A DNA stretch of 64,000 nt. Source: Balanoglossus misakiensis (lineage: Eukaryota; Animalia; Hemichordata). Positions 50,405 to 63,812 of this stretch are shown piece by piece. The position numbers and the translations under genes were made by a program. The stretch covers positions 13,571,337-13,635,336 of the forward strand of contig CM082584.2 of assembly GCA_040954595.2 (NCBI GenBank), in the 5' to 3' direction. Below the pieces are notes generated by a model. That model was not told where the DNA came from and ran no database searches. It saw only the letters and a program-made list of their open reading frames with translations. How positions within the stretch are numbered: position 1 is the stretch's first letter; every line of letters starts with the position of its first letter.

Positions 50405-53400
50405 ATGGGTTGTGGATCGTCTCACAGTTACAAAGCAGAAGTCGTGCAGACATGGGATGAAGTGAAGAAAACAGTGGAGAAAAGATCTCACAAGGGAAAT
50501 TTGATAGTGCGCAGGTCCGGATGGAAGACTATTAGAATATTTGTGTCGTCAACATTCCGTGACTTTCATGCTGAGCGAGAGATACTTGTGAAGGAGGTCA
50601 GTTGTAGACTTTGAAAACCTAAATAATTAATTTTGATGCATTTTTAATATAAACACTTTTAATCTCTGCTGTAAATTCTTTCAGACATGGAACAAAAGCA
50701 GAACCTTTTCCTCATCTGTTTTTTTTTTCTTCCAAAAAAGCTTAGCAATAGTTGGTAAGAATGTTAGTTTCATATATTTCTATTTCTTTCCCAAGGTTTT
50801 CCCTGATTTGAGAGTCTGGTGTGAAAAAAGAAGACTGTACCTAGTAGACTGTGATCTCAGATGGGTAAGTATGAGCCCTCCAACAACCAAACCCTAAAAT
50901 TCTAACTTCTAAAAGAACGGGACGGATGATTTTTCTTAGTAAACAGAAAAGCTTATCTTGTATACATGTACTGCTTTCCTACACTACAGGGTGTGCCAAA
51001 AGACACCACAACGGAAGAAACTCTGAGAATATGTCTGGGAGAAATTGACAGGTGCTATTCAGATAATATCATGCCTTTCTTTCTTAACTTAACAAGGTAA
51101 GTCCTTCAACAAATGTGCAGGCTTCACCTTTGACCCCACCGCCAAATACTACAATGTAGACTCAAACTCTGATCTTGATATTAAAACCGAGACAGTTGTA
51201 TACAAGTGGATATGGTTTGATTTTGTGTTGCTCACTCATCAAAGCCACATTCAACTCCCGAAAACTATAATAGTAAATGAGCCAAATCTGACAGTGATGC
51301 ATATTTGGTCCTTAGATCTGTTAAATGGATCATAATTTCTTCTCAACTTTTCTCTTCATATCAGAAATAATATTGCTGTCAAATGCTAATAAAACTGTAA
51401 AATTTCGTTTCTTCTATCAATATTACTTGCTACAATGATTGGAATACCCATCTTAGTGGGGAACATGTTTTTAAAAAGCGGATTGGAGATTATTTTAATT
51501 CTGTAATCTAAGTTTTGTTTTAAGCTTGTCTAAGTTTTAATCACTCTCCTAGTACTGTCACATGTGCCTCACGTAATTCTCTCAATGCAGTGATTTTCAT
51601 TACTCTGTGATAATTTTATCATCTTCTTATAAATTTCATATTTTGTCTTTTATTTCTTTTCTCGACAACTCCACATCTTCTTACTGTGTGAACTTTTCTG
51701 TGTCTGTGTGTCAACCCATACCAGCCCTCCAACTTTTCTCTCCCTAACAAGGTTTGTGTCGTACCTTTGTTATTTGATGCATGCTGGATGTATTCATTTG
51801 ATTTTTTGAGCTGTTTGGGTGGTTTTTGATACACCACTTGGAGGTGTCTAAAAGCCATTGACAGCAAAATCATCACACAAAGAGGACATAACAGCCAGAA
51901 TGGCACCTCTCTGATAGAAGTTATGGCCTCATACCTACAGAATATTATGGGATGGTGGTTCAGCTAAAGGCAGTTCATAGTAATACAAAGTGATGGTCAA
52001 TGCAGAACTCTTTATAAGAAGAATACAGTGGCTCTTCATGCTACTGTGTACATTATCCACTGGCACTGGTAACAACAATGAAACGAAAAATCACAAGTTT
52101 ATCACATTTATGTGTGAATTCAGTCATCAAACATTCTGTGTTATATTTTGATGACAGTGAAAGATGTGGCTGGATTCCAAACAGATCCGAAGTACCACAG
52201 AGTGTTATCAATGAATACCGCTGGGTGATGGGGTTGTCGGTGACAGAGATGGAAGTCATACATGGAGCTTACAGAGTAGATAATCCTAATTGTAAGTAAT
52301 TTGATTTAATGACTGATACTATTAGTAATGAATATTTTTTCTTAATGACCAGTACATGTTCAAGGCAGGTAGACATGCATAAAAGCATGCACTGTCTCTA
52401 CACTCTCAAAATCGACCAATGTGTGCTGTTTGTCATTCAGGTTAGAATATTACCATCTAACAAGAGACAAGTTTTTTTTAAGATTTTTAGACTACATGTT
52501 ATATCTTTGTTGTTGTTTTTTTCTCTTAGCACTTTTTATGATTCGTGATTCAAAATTCTTATCAAGTGTCCCCGAAGAGCACCATCCTGTGTTTGTCGAT
52601 CCGAATCCAATTGCTGCAGATAAACTTAAGATGTTAAAGGACATGCTGAAGAACAAATTTCCTGTGAGTATGAAAATGAGACAGGGATATTTTGTTTGAT
52701 GGTTGAGTATATTAGAGTGAGCACAATAACTTAGTCTTAAAGTGAAAGAAATTATAATAGTCAAAATAATTGGAAAAATTGAATGACATTGACAAGTTGT
52801 CCCTTTAAGTTAGAGGCACTGAGGAATGTATTATTTGCAGATTCCAACTCGGACTGTTTTCTCTTTGCAGTCAAGTCAAATGGGTTCTTATAATTGTGAA
52901 TTTGAAGACATTGCTGAAGATGGCCGGGTTTATCTCAAAGGTTTGGATAAAAGTTTCAGAGAAAAGGTATGTCCAGATGATCAATAACCACTTCAGTTTT
53001 ATAGTATAACTGCATTTCTCCTGGAAAGGACCTGTTCTCCACTATAACAGAGGCGAGGGAGTATTTCCATGAAGTATATGCTACTTATTCTTGTATTAAA
53101 ATGGGATAAAATTAAATACGAGTGACAAGATAGCTAACTAACTGCACATGTTTAACTGATTGTTTAATGGTTAATATTTCTCTCCAATTTTTCCAGGTTT
53201 TCACGTTTTTCCAGAAGAGAATATCCGAGCAGTACCCACTGGAAGAGGTCACCACAGATCCATTCAAACATGCACAGGAGTCTCATGAAGTAAGTTAATT
53301 GTGTATCAACCCTGAATTGAAATCATTTTTCAATGCTCATCTCTTACAGACCACCTGCTTCTCATACATAATATTGTACATCGATCATGGCACTTTGACT

Positions 53401-56400
53401 CATACCCCTTCGAAATAAGTATTTGGCTTTTTCTTTGTTTCAGTCTTTTATGAAGAGCAGATCTACAATGGTGCTCGGAAGAAATGAAATTCTACAAAAG
53501 GTAAGGCATCTCTATGTATCATTCAACCCATGGAAGTGTACTTGGACCGTGAATTGTGTTATATACATGTATATGCATGGCTAGATTTGATTGAATAGGC
53601 CTCACTGCATGAAGGAGCTAGACTTATGAATAGGATGTATGCACTCATAACCCAATATAAAAACCCAGAGGGAAAAATCCTTGGAACATAACAAATGTGA
53701 TGAACTTATACTAGGATCAATGATCAATTGTTGTTTCAACCCTAGATTTCAGATTACATTACGGGTATTGCCAACGACAGGGCGTTGATCATCCTAGGTG
53801 GTCCAGGGATGGGCAAATCTTCCATCATGGCAAAGGTTGCAGATGAAGCTGTGTTCAGAGCTGCTCAGAAACAAATCCCAGGGTAAGTCATCCTGGTGAG
53901 AACGAGGTATATACATGTAGACTGCCGTGTGTTGGTAAAAAAGGCAAACCACAAAGTCTCAAAAAAGAAGTGTGGTACACAAGTTATGAACGTAGCCGTT
54001 GACTCCCATAAGATCCTACGTATATTGGAATGATGTTGACATATATCTGAATCTACGTTTCTGTCTGTTTCAGTGGTGGTGATCATGGTTGGCATGTATT
54101 CTATCATTTTGTTGGTGCTGTCCCTGGGTCAACTGATCTAGAGAATACTCTAAAACGACTCCTCAAAGAGATCGGCATTGTCAATGTAAGTTAACACTCA
54201 CACACGCACCTTACCAAATTAAGTCATGACTTTTTGCATCTATATGTCATTATAAATGATGTAAATCTCATCTGCATTTATTCTTTCTGTCTATTTTTCC
54301 AGGAAGCTACGATGCCAACAGACATGGAAGCCACATGTCAGATGGCAAGTGGAGTTTTATCAAATCCAAATACCAAACCTACAATCATAATCATCGATGC
54401 TCTCAATCAGGTATAATTAATTAAAATTGACATGAGTTTTGAAAAGTCAGTAATTTTTACCAAGTTTTCAACTTGTGGTGATTCACTTACTATGCCAGCG
54501 ACACTTCACTCTTTGTTTTCTTTTCACTTTTCATAGTTTGATGATGACAAGTTCTCACTTAGTTGGTTGCCCAGGAAACTGGCTCCACAGATCCGGGTGG
54601 TGATGTCGATGATCAACAACACGCCACCTCACAAAAGTTTACGGGAAAGGACAAACCCTGCAGATGAGGCGTATGTCACTCCACTGGACATGCAATCCAG
54701 GAAGGTGAGTGGTATAAGTTTACATGTACCCTGTTATCTTTTACTGGTCTTTGCTTTGAATTTTACAACTATGAGAACTGGATGAATTATTGAATTTCTA
54801 GGTTTTGCTCAGTGGGGTCAGTAAAATGATTTGTACTTCGCTGATAAAAATAATTTCCTGTTGATATGACTGTATAAAATTCTCCTTGATCTTCCAGGAA
54901 ATAGTCACAGAAATTTTAGGGCGATACAACAAACGACTGGACGAGGAACAGATGAACAATTTACTCTCCAAGGACTCTTCCCAGAATCCTTTGTGGCTGG
55001 CCATTGCATGTGAGGAGCTCCGGGTTTTTGGTGTTTTCCATGGAATGAATGAAAAGATCGACAGTCTGGCAGACGGATTATTAGAGTGAGTATTGTTAAA
55101 GACTAAGTCATTATGGTTATTTGCAGTTCAAACGACTGTTGACAGACTATACCCTGAACAATATATTATTTCTCAGTGTACGGCAAGCTCAAATCAGTCT
55201 GCATACATGAGAGAGAGTATCACCTTGTACATTAACAAATATGTTTCCATTGGCACGAAAAAGATAAGACTCTTGTAAACAGATAGCATTTGACTGTTCA
55301 ATCTTTTACAGCCTGCTTGCACAAGTTCTCAAGAGATTTGAGGAGGAGAATGGAGGTCATCTCTTGGTAGCAACTCTGTGTCTGCTTGAATCTTCTTCCA
55401 CTGGACTTCTTGAAATTGAACTGTTGGAGATTCTTGGTGATGAAAAGAATTTGATGCCACCAGATTCTTCAGAAGAAAAAGGTACGTCTATGCAAATGTA
55501 TATGTAAGAAATGATGGGTGCTGATAGATAATGTTTTCATCTTCATGTGACTATAAAAATCACCCCCATGTCCCTATATAAAGGTCCGGCATTGCTATTG
55601 AAAACAGTGGAGTTGGACCAAACCCATGGTGGTGAAAGGGTTAAAATATGCTCAGTCTATAATTCAAACCCTTCAACAAACCAGTCAACTTATTCAATGG
55701 ATGAGTTTTTTATGCAAATTCCGGCAAATAGTTTTGATTATGTACCCCATACCAACTGAAACATTTTGTTAACCTCGTCAGCATCTCTGATACATAAAAA
55801 CTCTGAATCTCTCAAAACAGGAGCTATGTTGAACAAAAAGTGGACGAAAACCCAACAGCTACCGGCAATGAAGTGGGCTGCTGTTTACAGAGCTTTGAAA
55901 CCATTTCTGAGACCATTTGGTGACAGTGGAGAAGGAAGACTTGATTTCTACCACAGATCTCTCAGTAAAGCTGTCCGGCATATGTAAGTAAAGGCAATGT
56001 GCATGTTATTCCCTTGCACATGTCTTGGTAAATTCGTGTGTGATACATATGTACTCTTCCCCCCCCCCCCCCCCCCAATAAACCATATCTATTGCATGTC
56101 AAATATTTCATTCCAGGTATTTCCTAAATGATGATGGGAATGAAAATGATGATGATAGTCGTGATATCTACCAGTGGTGGCACCGCAAATTAGCAGATTA
56201 TTTTGAAGATGTTGACAATCTTGAAAGAAAAGTTGAGGTGAGATGAACTGCAACAATGACCAGGAGACTCTTGGACACTTCTGTTTGATCAGTTTTGTCT
56301 GGATCTGCCCATTTCTCCCTCCTCTCTTTCCCCCTCAAAATTTCTAATCCCTTTTCCCCAGACATGTTGACTCTCTAACTCTGTATTTTGCTACCACAAG

Positions 56401-59083
56401 CTGCCCTTTCTATCTGTCTACATGTACATGCATGTCAAATGAGAAAGACATCAATATTTTTTACTGTTGTTTTCAGGAATACCCAGTACATCTTGTGAAG
56501 ATCAATGACAAGGATAGATTACAAAAATTCTTAACACAATGGGTAGTATTTGATCAGCTGTATGATGATGAATATAGTACAAAACTATTGTATTATTGGA
56601 GAAAGGTGAGAATAGTGACAGCTGAACATCTATTTGTATTTGCGATCCTTGTTGCTATGATACAGTTCATGCAAACTGACTACAGGTATGCAGTGCTTCA
56701 TTCAAAATGCCATAGTACCCCCACCCTTTCCAAGATTTTAAGGAGGGTTGTGGAATATTTTGAGGGACATTAAAAAAATACTATAGAGCGGGCTATCTTG
56801 TAACACTCACTGATCATAATTTTCTTTTATTAGGCGGGAGGTGCAATGGTCATGGAAGAGATGTACTTGAGCTCTCTTGGGAATCTAAAAAATAAGGTTC
56901 TAACCAACAAAGACGAGCTTGCAATCAGATATGAACAGATTTCAAGAGTTTTGTAAGTACAAGAATGAAAACTCAAGAACTACTAAGCATTCTTTTTACC
57001 AGTTCAATTTCCTAACTTCCCACCCAATGCAGATAAGTTTATCAATAGTCACAATTTTGTTTTTTCCAGCAAACCTATTCATCTGCCTTTCATTTAGTCC
57101 ACTGTCATCTTCCCACAGAATGCAAGAAGGAAGGCTGCAGACAAGTCATGATTTGATCGAGAAAGCAATGAAAATAGAGGAAGATGAACTGGGTGGTCGA
57201 CCAGAAAGATTGGTTGAGTTATATGATGCTGCTGCAAACATTTACAATGCTGTAAGTCAGAGGACAAGGAGAACCACTATAAAAAAAAGACCAATTTTCG
57301 TAAAGCCTTAACTCTTTCACTCACAGTTCCCTCTTAAGAGGTCCAACGTCACCATAGCAAACAGTGGGTTTAGACTGAACCATGGTGGTGAAAGGGTTAA
57401 TTATATCTGAATTTTATTTTTTATGCGACTACTCCGAAGTGGGAACTGGAGCCCCAAATCGTATCTTTGGTATTGCCATCAAAAAGGAATAATTTCAAGA
57501 GTGGACATCCCTTTCTATTTAAAGAAAGAACAATGTGTGAGCAATGCTATCACAACTAACAAATTCAAATGTTGAACTGGTTTACATCCACGTATGCTTC
57601 TGTTACTGTGTCTTATCAACTACTCTTTTTGTCTTTTTTTTTCTCAGAAAATAGTCCTCATAGACTATGTTAGCAGATCCATGTTGCCAGTCCTGAGACC
57701 TTGTATAGACTTCAGAGAGAAGGCAATCAAACTCAGGGAAAGTTTTGAAGGGGACAGGCAGAAGGTGGGTGCATTAGATATGGACCATCATGGGTCAACT
57801 TATTCCTGTTATTAAACATTCATTCCACGTAGTAACACACATTGAGGGTTTGATATTGACTGTTAACAGGTCAACAAGAGTCTCCAAGTGTTCACTTTGA
57901 CTTATTTACATGAATTGACATGTACTGGGACTCATGTACGGTACTTATATTGATTGCATATAGTCAATAGGAATTCATATTGACTGATAAATCGCCTTCA
58001 GCTCACCATCCTGTTCAGGTGAACATAGAAGTCCCCATGAATATTGACTATCATACAATGAATGTCATTTTCTATATGTATCCAAATTCCAGTTCAAGAG
58101 AGCTTACTCCATGATGAAGCTAGCCTTCAACATCAAGACCTGGTACATGATTGGTGGTGACAGTAACTTCTCAGCTGAAGAAGCCATGGAAGAAGGATTC
58201 CGAAATGTCAGGGAAGCCAAAGAAATCTTCCTTGAGGTGAGAGTTGTTTATAGTCAATGGAATACTGAGGCCAATGAGCCCATATGTAGTTGTTTATTAA
58301 TTCCTCATGCATCAAGGAATGGATATTCGAATCCCTAAGAATACTGTGAAATTAGAAAGAACAAATGTTTGAACTGCAGTCTCTAAATTGTGCTGCGGCA
58401 TTTAACCACTGTCTCATGTTTGTCTTAATACAGCTTGGGGAAGATGGCTACAGAGCTGAGTGTCTAATGAATGAAGGTCTGTTGGTTGGTGAACATGACC
58501 AGGACAAGGCTTTGTCGGTAAGATCAGCATTCTTTACATCATAAGGTATCATGACCAGATAGCTTCTACATGAAGAAATAAATACATGTATATGGATAGG
58601 GGGATAGGACTTTGGCAGTTTGCAATGTATGTCTGTTACAATGTTTTTCAAACTCATCACATTTCTTCTGTCTGATCCTGTACAGCTGTATCAAGAAGCT
58701 GAAGAGTTGTGTCTACAAGTGTACGGTGAGAACAGTGTGTTGTCAGGCAGACTTCTGATGAATACTGGCATACTGGTTGAAGAAATGGGAAATTACGAGG
58801 AAGCTTATAACTATTTCAGCAGAGCTTTCAAAAACAAAGTGGAGGTCAGTATAAGTATAAGTATAACTATGTCATTTGATAATCTTTGAATTCAACTTCA
58901 CAAAATCTGTTGGTATTGAATTGCACATTCCAAGAATTTTCTTATGTTTTAATGTGATTATATCCACAGGTGTATGGTCCTGATCACCCTCAAACTCACC
59001 GAGGTATCAGACTTTTGGAAGAACCCACATACAAGAGGATTGCACAGAGCCGAGGAGAAAACCCTTTGGAAGATATTAAGTAA
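50405..59083 (+). CDS. DUF4062-NACHT(STAND NTPase)-TPR protein (TEP1/NPHP3-like), ~1028 aa, predicted N-myristoylated
   Basis: 24 phase-consistent exons: 50405-50596, 50796-50864, 50990-51096, 52158-52291, 52530-52663, 52871-52966, 53197-53289, 53444-53500, 53746-53882, 54074-54185, 54303-54410, 54537-54704, 54898-55085, 55312-55481, 55782-55983, 56117-56237, 56477-56605, 56834-56952, 57119-57251, 57648-57764, 58093-58236, 58434-58517, 58686-58844, 58970-59083. Motifs MGCGSS; [21 protein letters not shown] and GLSVTEME (DUF4062); Walker A GGPGMGKS; Walker [10 protein letters not shown]; [13 protein letters not shown]; C-terminal TPRs with VYGPDHP. Confidence 0.9.
55558..55644 (+). mobile_element. 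MITE family A, copy 1 (TTAA-ended, piggyBac-like)
   Basis: Ends CCATGGTGGTGAAAGGGTTAA, identical to the end of the 57308-57400 copy; the internal AAACAGTGG is also shared. Confidence 0.7.
57308..57400 (+). mobile_element. MITE family A, copy 2, with both TIRs and TTAA ends
   Basis: TTAACTCTTTCAC...GTGAAAGGGTTAA terminal inverted repeats, about 93 bp. Confidence 0.8.
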
Positions 59084-59688
59084 ACATGTTTGGCTGCAAA
59101 ATACGCCTTGTCTCTGAGGAGTGTTGTAGCTTAAAGATGCACATCTCTGAGGAGCTGTCCTGGAAACCAAAATGTTCACATTAACATTGATTCTTGGCAG
59201 CTTTGAAAATTAAGGTTGATAGGCTAATATTTTGTATTCATCAACAAATAAAATGCACAACAGCACAATCCGTTCACAATGAGAAAATGCCATTAGCTGA
59301 AAATTATACAAATGCAATACTCAAAAATATTAGAGGTATGTTTGCGGGAATTTAGATATTGAGTAAAATCTATGCAAATGAACTTTAACATACAAAGTCA
59401 CTTTGACCTTTTTTTTCTTTATAGGTTTATGTTTTTTTAACGATTGTAAAGTTTGCTTTTTGTTAAAACATGTACATGTATTAGGATATATATTGTATGA
59501 TAAACTTGTGATTGAGGCATGCCTCTGTTATACAGAAAAAAAGTACACCTTCTTTATATATTTTGTGCATAGTCAATGTAGAAGAATTTTTTGTATCAAA
59601 CGTCATTTACATTTTCTTTTCTGTTTCTTTGTGTTTTTCTATGGAAGGTTTTGATTGTGGAGACCTTTCCGTTGGACACAACTGAGTT

Positions 59689-59775
59689 CCCTTTCACCAA
59701 CATGGTTTGGTCCAACTCCAATAATGTTTTCAATGGCAGTATTGGACCTTTTATACCGGGAAAGGGGGCGGTGAA
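59689..59775 (-). mobile_element. MITE family A, copy 3, inverted, downstream of the NACHT-TPR stop codon
   Basis: CCCTTTCACCAACATGGTTTGGTCCAACTCCA...GTTTTCAAT...GGACCTTT...GGTGAA is the reverse complement of copy 1. Confidence 0.75.
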
Positions 59776-60466
59776 TAAATGTTACAGTTTCTCTTCATTA
59801 GTGAAATGAAACAAAAGGCCAGCATGTCTTTTTTCAACAAAGTAACAATGTAGTTTGCCAGACCTGTTGACACCAATAATGGTTGTTGTGTCTAACACCA
59901 CACCACACAACAGATCAAGACTAATGACAGTGTATACAGAAAAACACATGTTACACGGGGACGTAATTCTGACATATTGATGTGACATCTGGGATATTAA
60001 GTTTTTGCCAAAAAGAAAGACACTGGAATAAAAGTCAAACATTTCTTTTCTCTTTGCTCACATGTGAATCAAAGATATGTACAAAAAACAATCCATCCAG
60101 AGTAAATGCAAGAAGATCACACATATTTGTTTATAAATAAATGTTGTATATACATGTATATTTACTTGTATTGTTCAAATATCAAATGTATTATTTTGAC
60201 ATAACCATTGTTCATATCATATGTTAGCTGTTAATTCAAATGCATATAAAAGTCAGAGTCACTGATTATTGTTATCTTGTGGCGTATCTATTCCCATTGG
60301 GGAATGTAAAGATTATTGACCTTTATTGGAGTTTCGTTCACGTCATTTTTTAACCCTTTTTGTTCTGTTTTTCCCTTGAAATTTGTTTTACTTCAATCTA
60401 CTGTCGTTTAATATAATGTGTATAGCAATCGTTGCTCATATCAAAAGTTTTAAAAATATACATTTA

Positions 60467-60627
60467 GGGAGCCGTCATTATTTACGGCCTGGGGGGGTCG
60501 GAGGAATTACACTAGAAACTCCAAAATTTTGAGAAACCCCCCCTGCCAAGCATGCAGATTTTGAGAAACCCCCCCCCCTTGATTCCTCCGACCCCCCCCC
60601 CCCAGGCCATAAATAATGACGGCTCCC
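60467..60627. mobile_element. PIF/Harbinger (Tourist-like) MITE, 161 bp, TTA target-site duplication
   Basis: TIRs of about 40 bp (GGGAGCCGTCATTATTTACGGCCTGGGGGGGTCGGAGGAAT and ATTCCTCCGACC(n)CCAGGCCATAAATAATGACGGCTCCC), flanked by TTA at 60464-60466 and 60628-60630; internal direct repeat TTTTGAGAAACCCCCCC. Confidence 0.88.
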
Positions 60628-60879
60628 TTAGCGTTGAAAACAATCATTTTTTCCGATGTTTGGATGAACTCGAAACAAAATGGTGACATACAAAAGTCAT
60701 TAAGTTCTAGTGCGGGAATCGGTGTTTCCAATGCTCTTGGGTAAAATATTTCATCCATTGACCTGGGCGAGCTTCGTTTAGATCATTTTGAATTACTGTT
60801 TATGAATTGCGATGCATAAGTATTCGGGTTTTTTTGCGATAGAAGCACAAAAAAAGATCCACCGGTCGATTCAAAGATT

Positions 60880-61400
60880 TCCAAAATGGCGGCACGAGCG
60901 CATTCATTGTGTTTGGAGACACAAACTTTTTGACCCTTTTTTCGTGCTTTCTTTGTCTTCACTCGGGGTTGTCATTTTTATTATTCGGATATTAAGATGT
61001 CATGCGATTCGACAATAAACTCCAATTCTTCCAGAACTTAACAATTTCAAAGCATAGTTCGTACATATTTAGTACCACTTTGGCAGTAAGTAGCACTTGA
61101 TGTTCAACCCATAGGCATAAGAAGCCCTACAAGTACAGGATGCCATTCATACCACAGTCCCCCAAATGACTGCCCTGTGTTATAAAAAAAGGTGGCGGCT
61201 TTGAAATGTGTCTATATACTGATCTCATTTTATGCTGCTTTTGTATATTTATTATATTTACACGTACTGCCTACGAGCATACTTTATTTGCCCTGCTGCG
61301 CCCGCCTGCGTTGTCTAGCAATAGCGCCCCCTCTCGACCTCTTTCATGTCAACATGGTGGTGAGTATATACGTGCATACCACACACTTCCGGGTGAAAAT
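60880..61400 (+). promoter_or_regulatory. CpG-rich promoter region of CZIB
   Basis: YY1-like AAAATGGCGGC (~60883), X-box-like GTTGTCTAGCAAT (~61310), CTCF-like TAGCGCCCCCTCT (~61322), ETS-like CACTTCCGGG (~61384). Confidence 0.5.
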
Positions 61401-63812
61401 TAATAATTTCTCCCCTCTGTTTACAATAAATCTAACCAAAATAGAGTTCTTTTCCAGAAAATCGGCTTGCAGATAAAAGCAAATTTGGAAAATGTGACAA
61501 ATTTGCACCCGGAAGGCGAAGATTTCAGATGGTATTTGAAGGTAAGGGCTTATAATAATCGTTCCAATCTTCCATGATTCAAATATTGTCAAACCTGTAT
61601 TCTGCGATATTTTTTCAACGGACATGATGGGTGGATGAATGGAAAAATGCACCCAGTATTGTAAAATATCATAGTACTAAGCGAAACCTTCACATATAAG
61701 TCCGTGTGCCTCTTGGCATATTTATACATATGATTCCTTGTCTGACACTCATTTTTACACGGAATTGGATTCAGATTCGTGTTCAGATTGATTCAGATGC
61801 ATCGATAATGATTGTAGCAGTACGAGAGAGACTAGACTGCAGGATGAAATAATTAATAAAAACTTGGTCTTTTATGAGTCTATGATACAAATTATGCCAA
61901 CTTCAAATTTCCCAAACAAATGGAATTTGTGGCCACTGTGTTTATCATGCTTTATTTGACATTTAAATTTGAAAAACAAAAGAACTCCACAGAAATAATA
62001 TTGATGAATTCATGTTATTGTATTCATGCATACTTTCTAATTTTAGCTTAAATGCCTCAACTGTGGTGAGGAGCCAGACCATTTCCAGTATTTAAATCTG
62101 CTGGTGAGTATACTGTGCAGTTATATTTGTTGGTTTTAAAATCTGGTCACTCTGCAACTGAACCAAATGGGAGCAAGTTCAACTGATTAAAAATTTGCAT
62201 TGTATTGAAATTGACTCGTAAAATGTATTGTTTCAGGAAAGTGCTCCCTTGAAAGGAGGGCGAGGGAGTGCGAGTCTGGTTGTAAAATGCCGATTGTGCA
62301 GCCGTGATAACTCCATAGGTAATTCAAATTCAGTACTTTGTCTGTTTAGTAATGTTGACATAATAAAAAATTAGCACGTCCGATCTTTCTGTGTGAACCT
62401 CAATAACATTTCCCTACGTATCAGGCCGAATTGGAAGATTGGATTCCGATGGGACGTGTCTGAAAAAGTGAGCAAGGAGCAGCCAGGAAAAGATGTGAAG
62501 TGGCAGCAAAATGAGAGAGTGTGTCTATAAATGCAAACTGTCTAGCCGGATATTACTTGGAAATCAGCTTCAGCTGATTTAAAAGATAATCATCCCCTCA
62601 TGCCTCTTAAGTAGACTCCTACAGGCAAAATTACACTCTACTGTGTGTATTGCCAATTACATTGTTTTTGCCAACAAAATAAAACTGGGATCATTCATAG
62701 GTGATATGCAGTCTGATTAAAATCTATTGGTTGATCTTTTCTTTTGAATCATATTACGGGCCTCCCTTCCCCTTGGTTGAGAACTGTGGAAGAAATGTTT
62801 GGACACCTGCATCACCCAAAATCTATCAGACTATTGAGGAAGACATTCTAAATACAATTGTATACTCATAACCACTATGATAATCATTTTAATCCATTTA
62901 CATAGTTTTAGATTTGATGGCTCTATGTACCTTTTATCCATGGTACCTACTCGCCATCAAGCATGTTATTAAGCTTTTTGTATATTTCACTTGCTATGCA
63001 TGATTAGTCATCTGTGCATCAATGCTGATGTTGACAGTTAAAAATAGATTTAGATGAAAATACAGCTAAAGATAGAACATTTGTAGGGTACAGCAGGTGG
63101 AGATCTGTATTTGTAATGAGCAGATATGGGAAAAATAGTTTATATAACATTTTACAATTATCTACACTACAGATATAATCAAAGAGAGCATTCGGTCTTA
63201 CAATGCTGAAGATAATCTCAAGTTCAAGACCATGGTGACTTTTGATTGCCGTGGGACTGAACCTGTGGATTTCTCACCAAGAGTAAGTGCATTGCTGCAT
63301 TCACATAAACACCATTGCTATAGACTGACACAAGTCTCCATGTATGGTTTTGTATTACACTGTATTGTATTGAATTGTGGCATATCGACTTTCCCACAGA
63401 TTTCTATTTCAATTCTTGTGATTGCATATTGACACAGGTCATTCACATGTCTTTTAATTATTGTGCTTCTATTTTAGACTGGATTTGCTTGTAAGGGAGC
63501 GGAAACTACCAGCACATTCGAAGTTGACCTACAAGAGAAGGTAACGTTTTAAATCTGTGTTGAAAAGTGAAAAATAGAGAGATTGATGCCACTTGTCCTA
63601 ATGTCACTTCAATGGTTTGTGGACTACATTTGCAAATCAACCTTTTCTATCTACCAGAGTTTTACAAATCTGAACATGGATTGAATTTTCAGATTAATTC
63701 AGTGATTTTATGTTGTTTTTTTTCCTCACAGGAATGGGTTGATTACGATGAAAAGGCCAAAGAATCGGTTGGAATCTATGAAGTGGAGAGTAAGTTTGTC
63801 AAAATACATTGA
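61354..63812 (+). CDS. CZIB: CXXC motif containing zinc binding protein (UPF0587/C1orf123, DUF866), 160 aa
   Basis: Exons 61354-61359, 61458-61541, 62047-62103, 62237-62318, 63173-63282, 63478-63540, 63732-63812 (483 nt). Sequence [18 protein letters not shown]...[14 protein letters not shown]...[17 protein letters not shown]...[14 protein letters not shown]...EWVDYDEK with two CxxC motifs; AATAAA near 63977. Confidence 0.95.

Noticed and set aside
50405-59083. Naming the NACHT gene TEP1 or NPHP3
   Set aside because: It shares DUF4062/NACHT motifs but lacks TEP1's TROVE and WD40 regions and NPHP3's N-terminal coiled coil; orthology cannot be established by eye.
60300-60320. GGAATGTAAAGA, resembling miR-1
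   Set aside because: The 3' half diverges and only a very short hairpin is possible.
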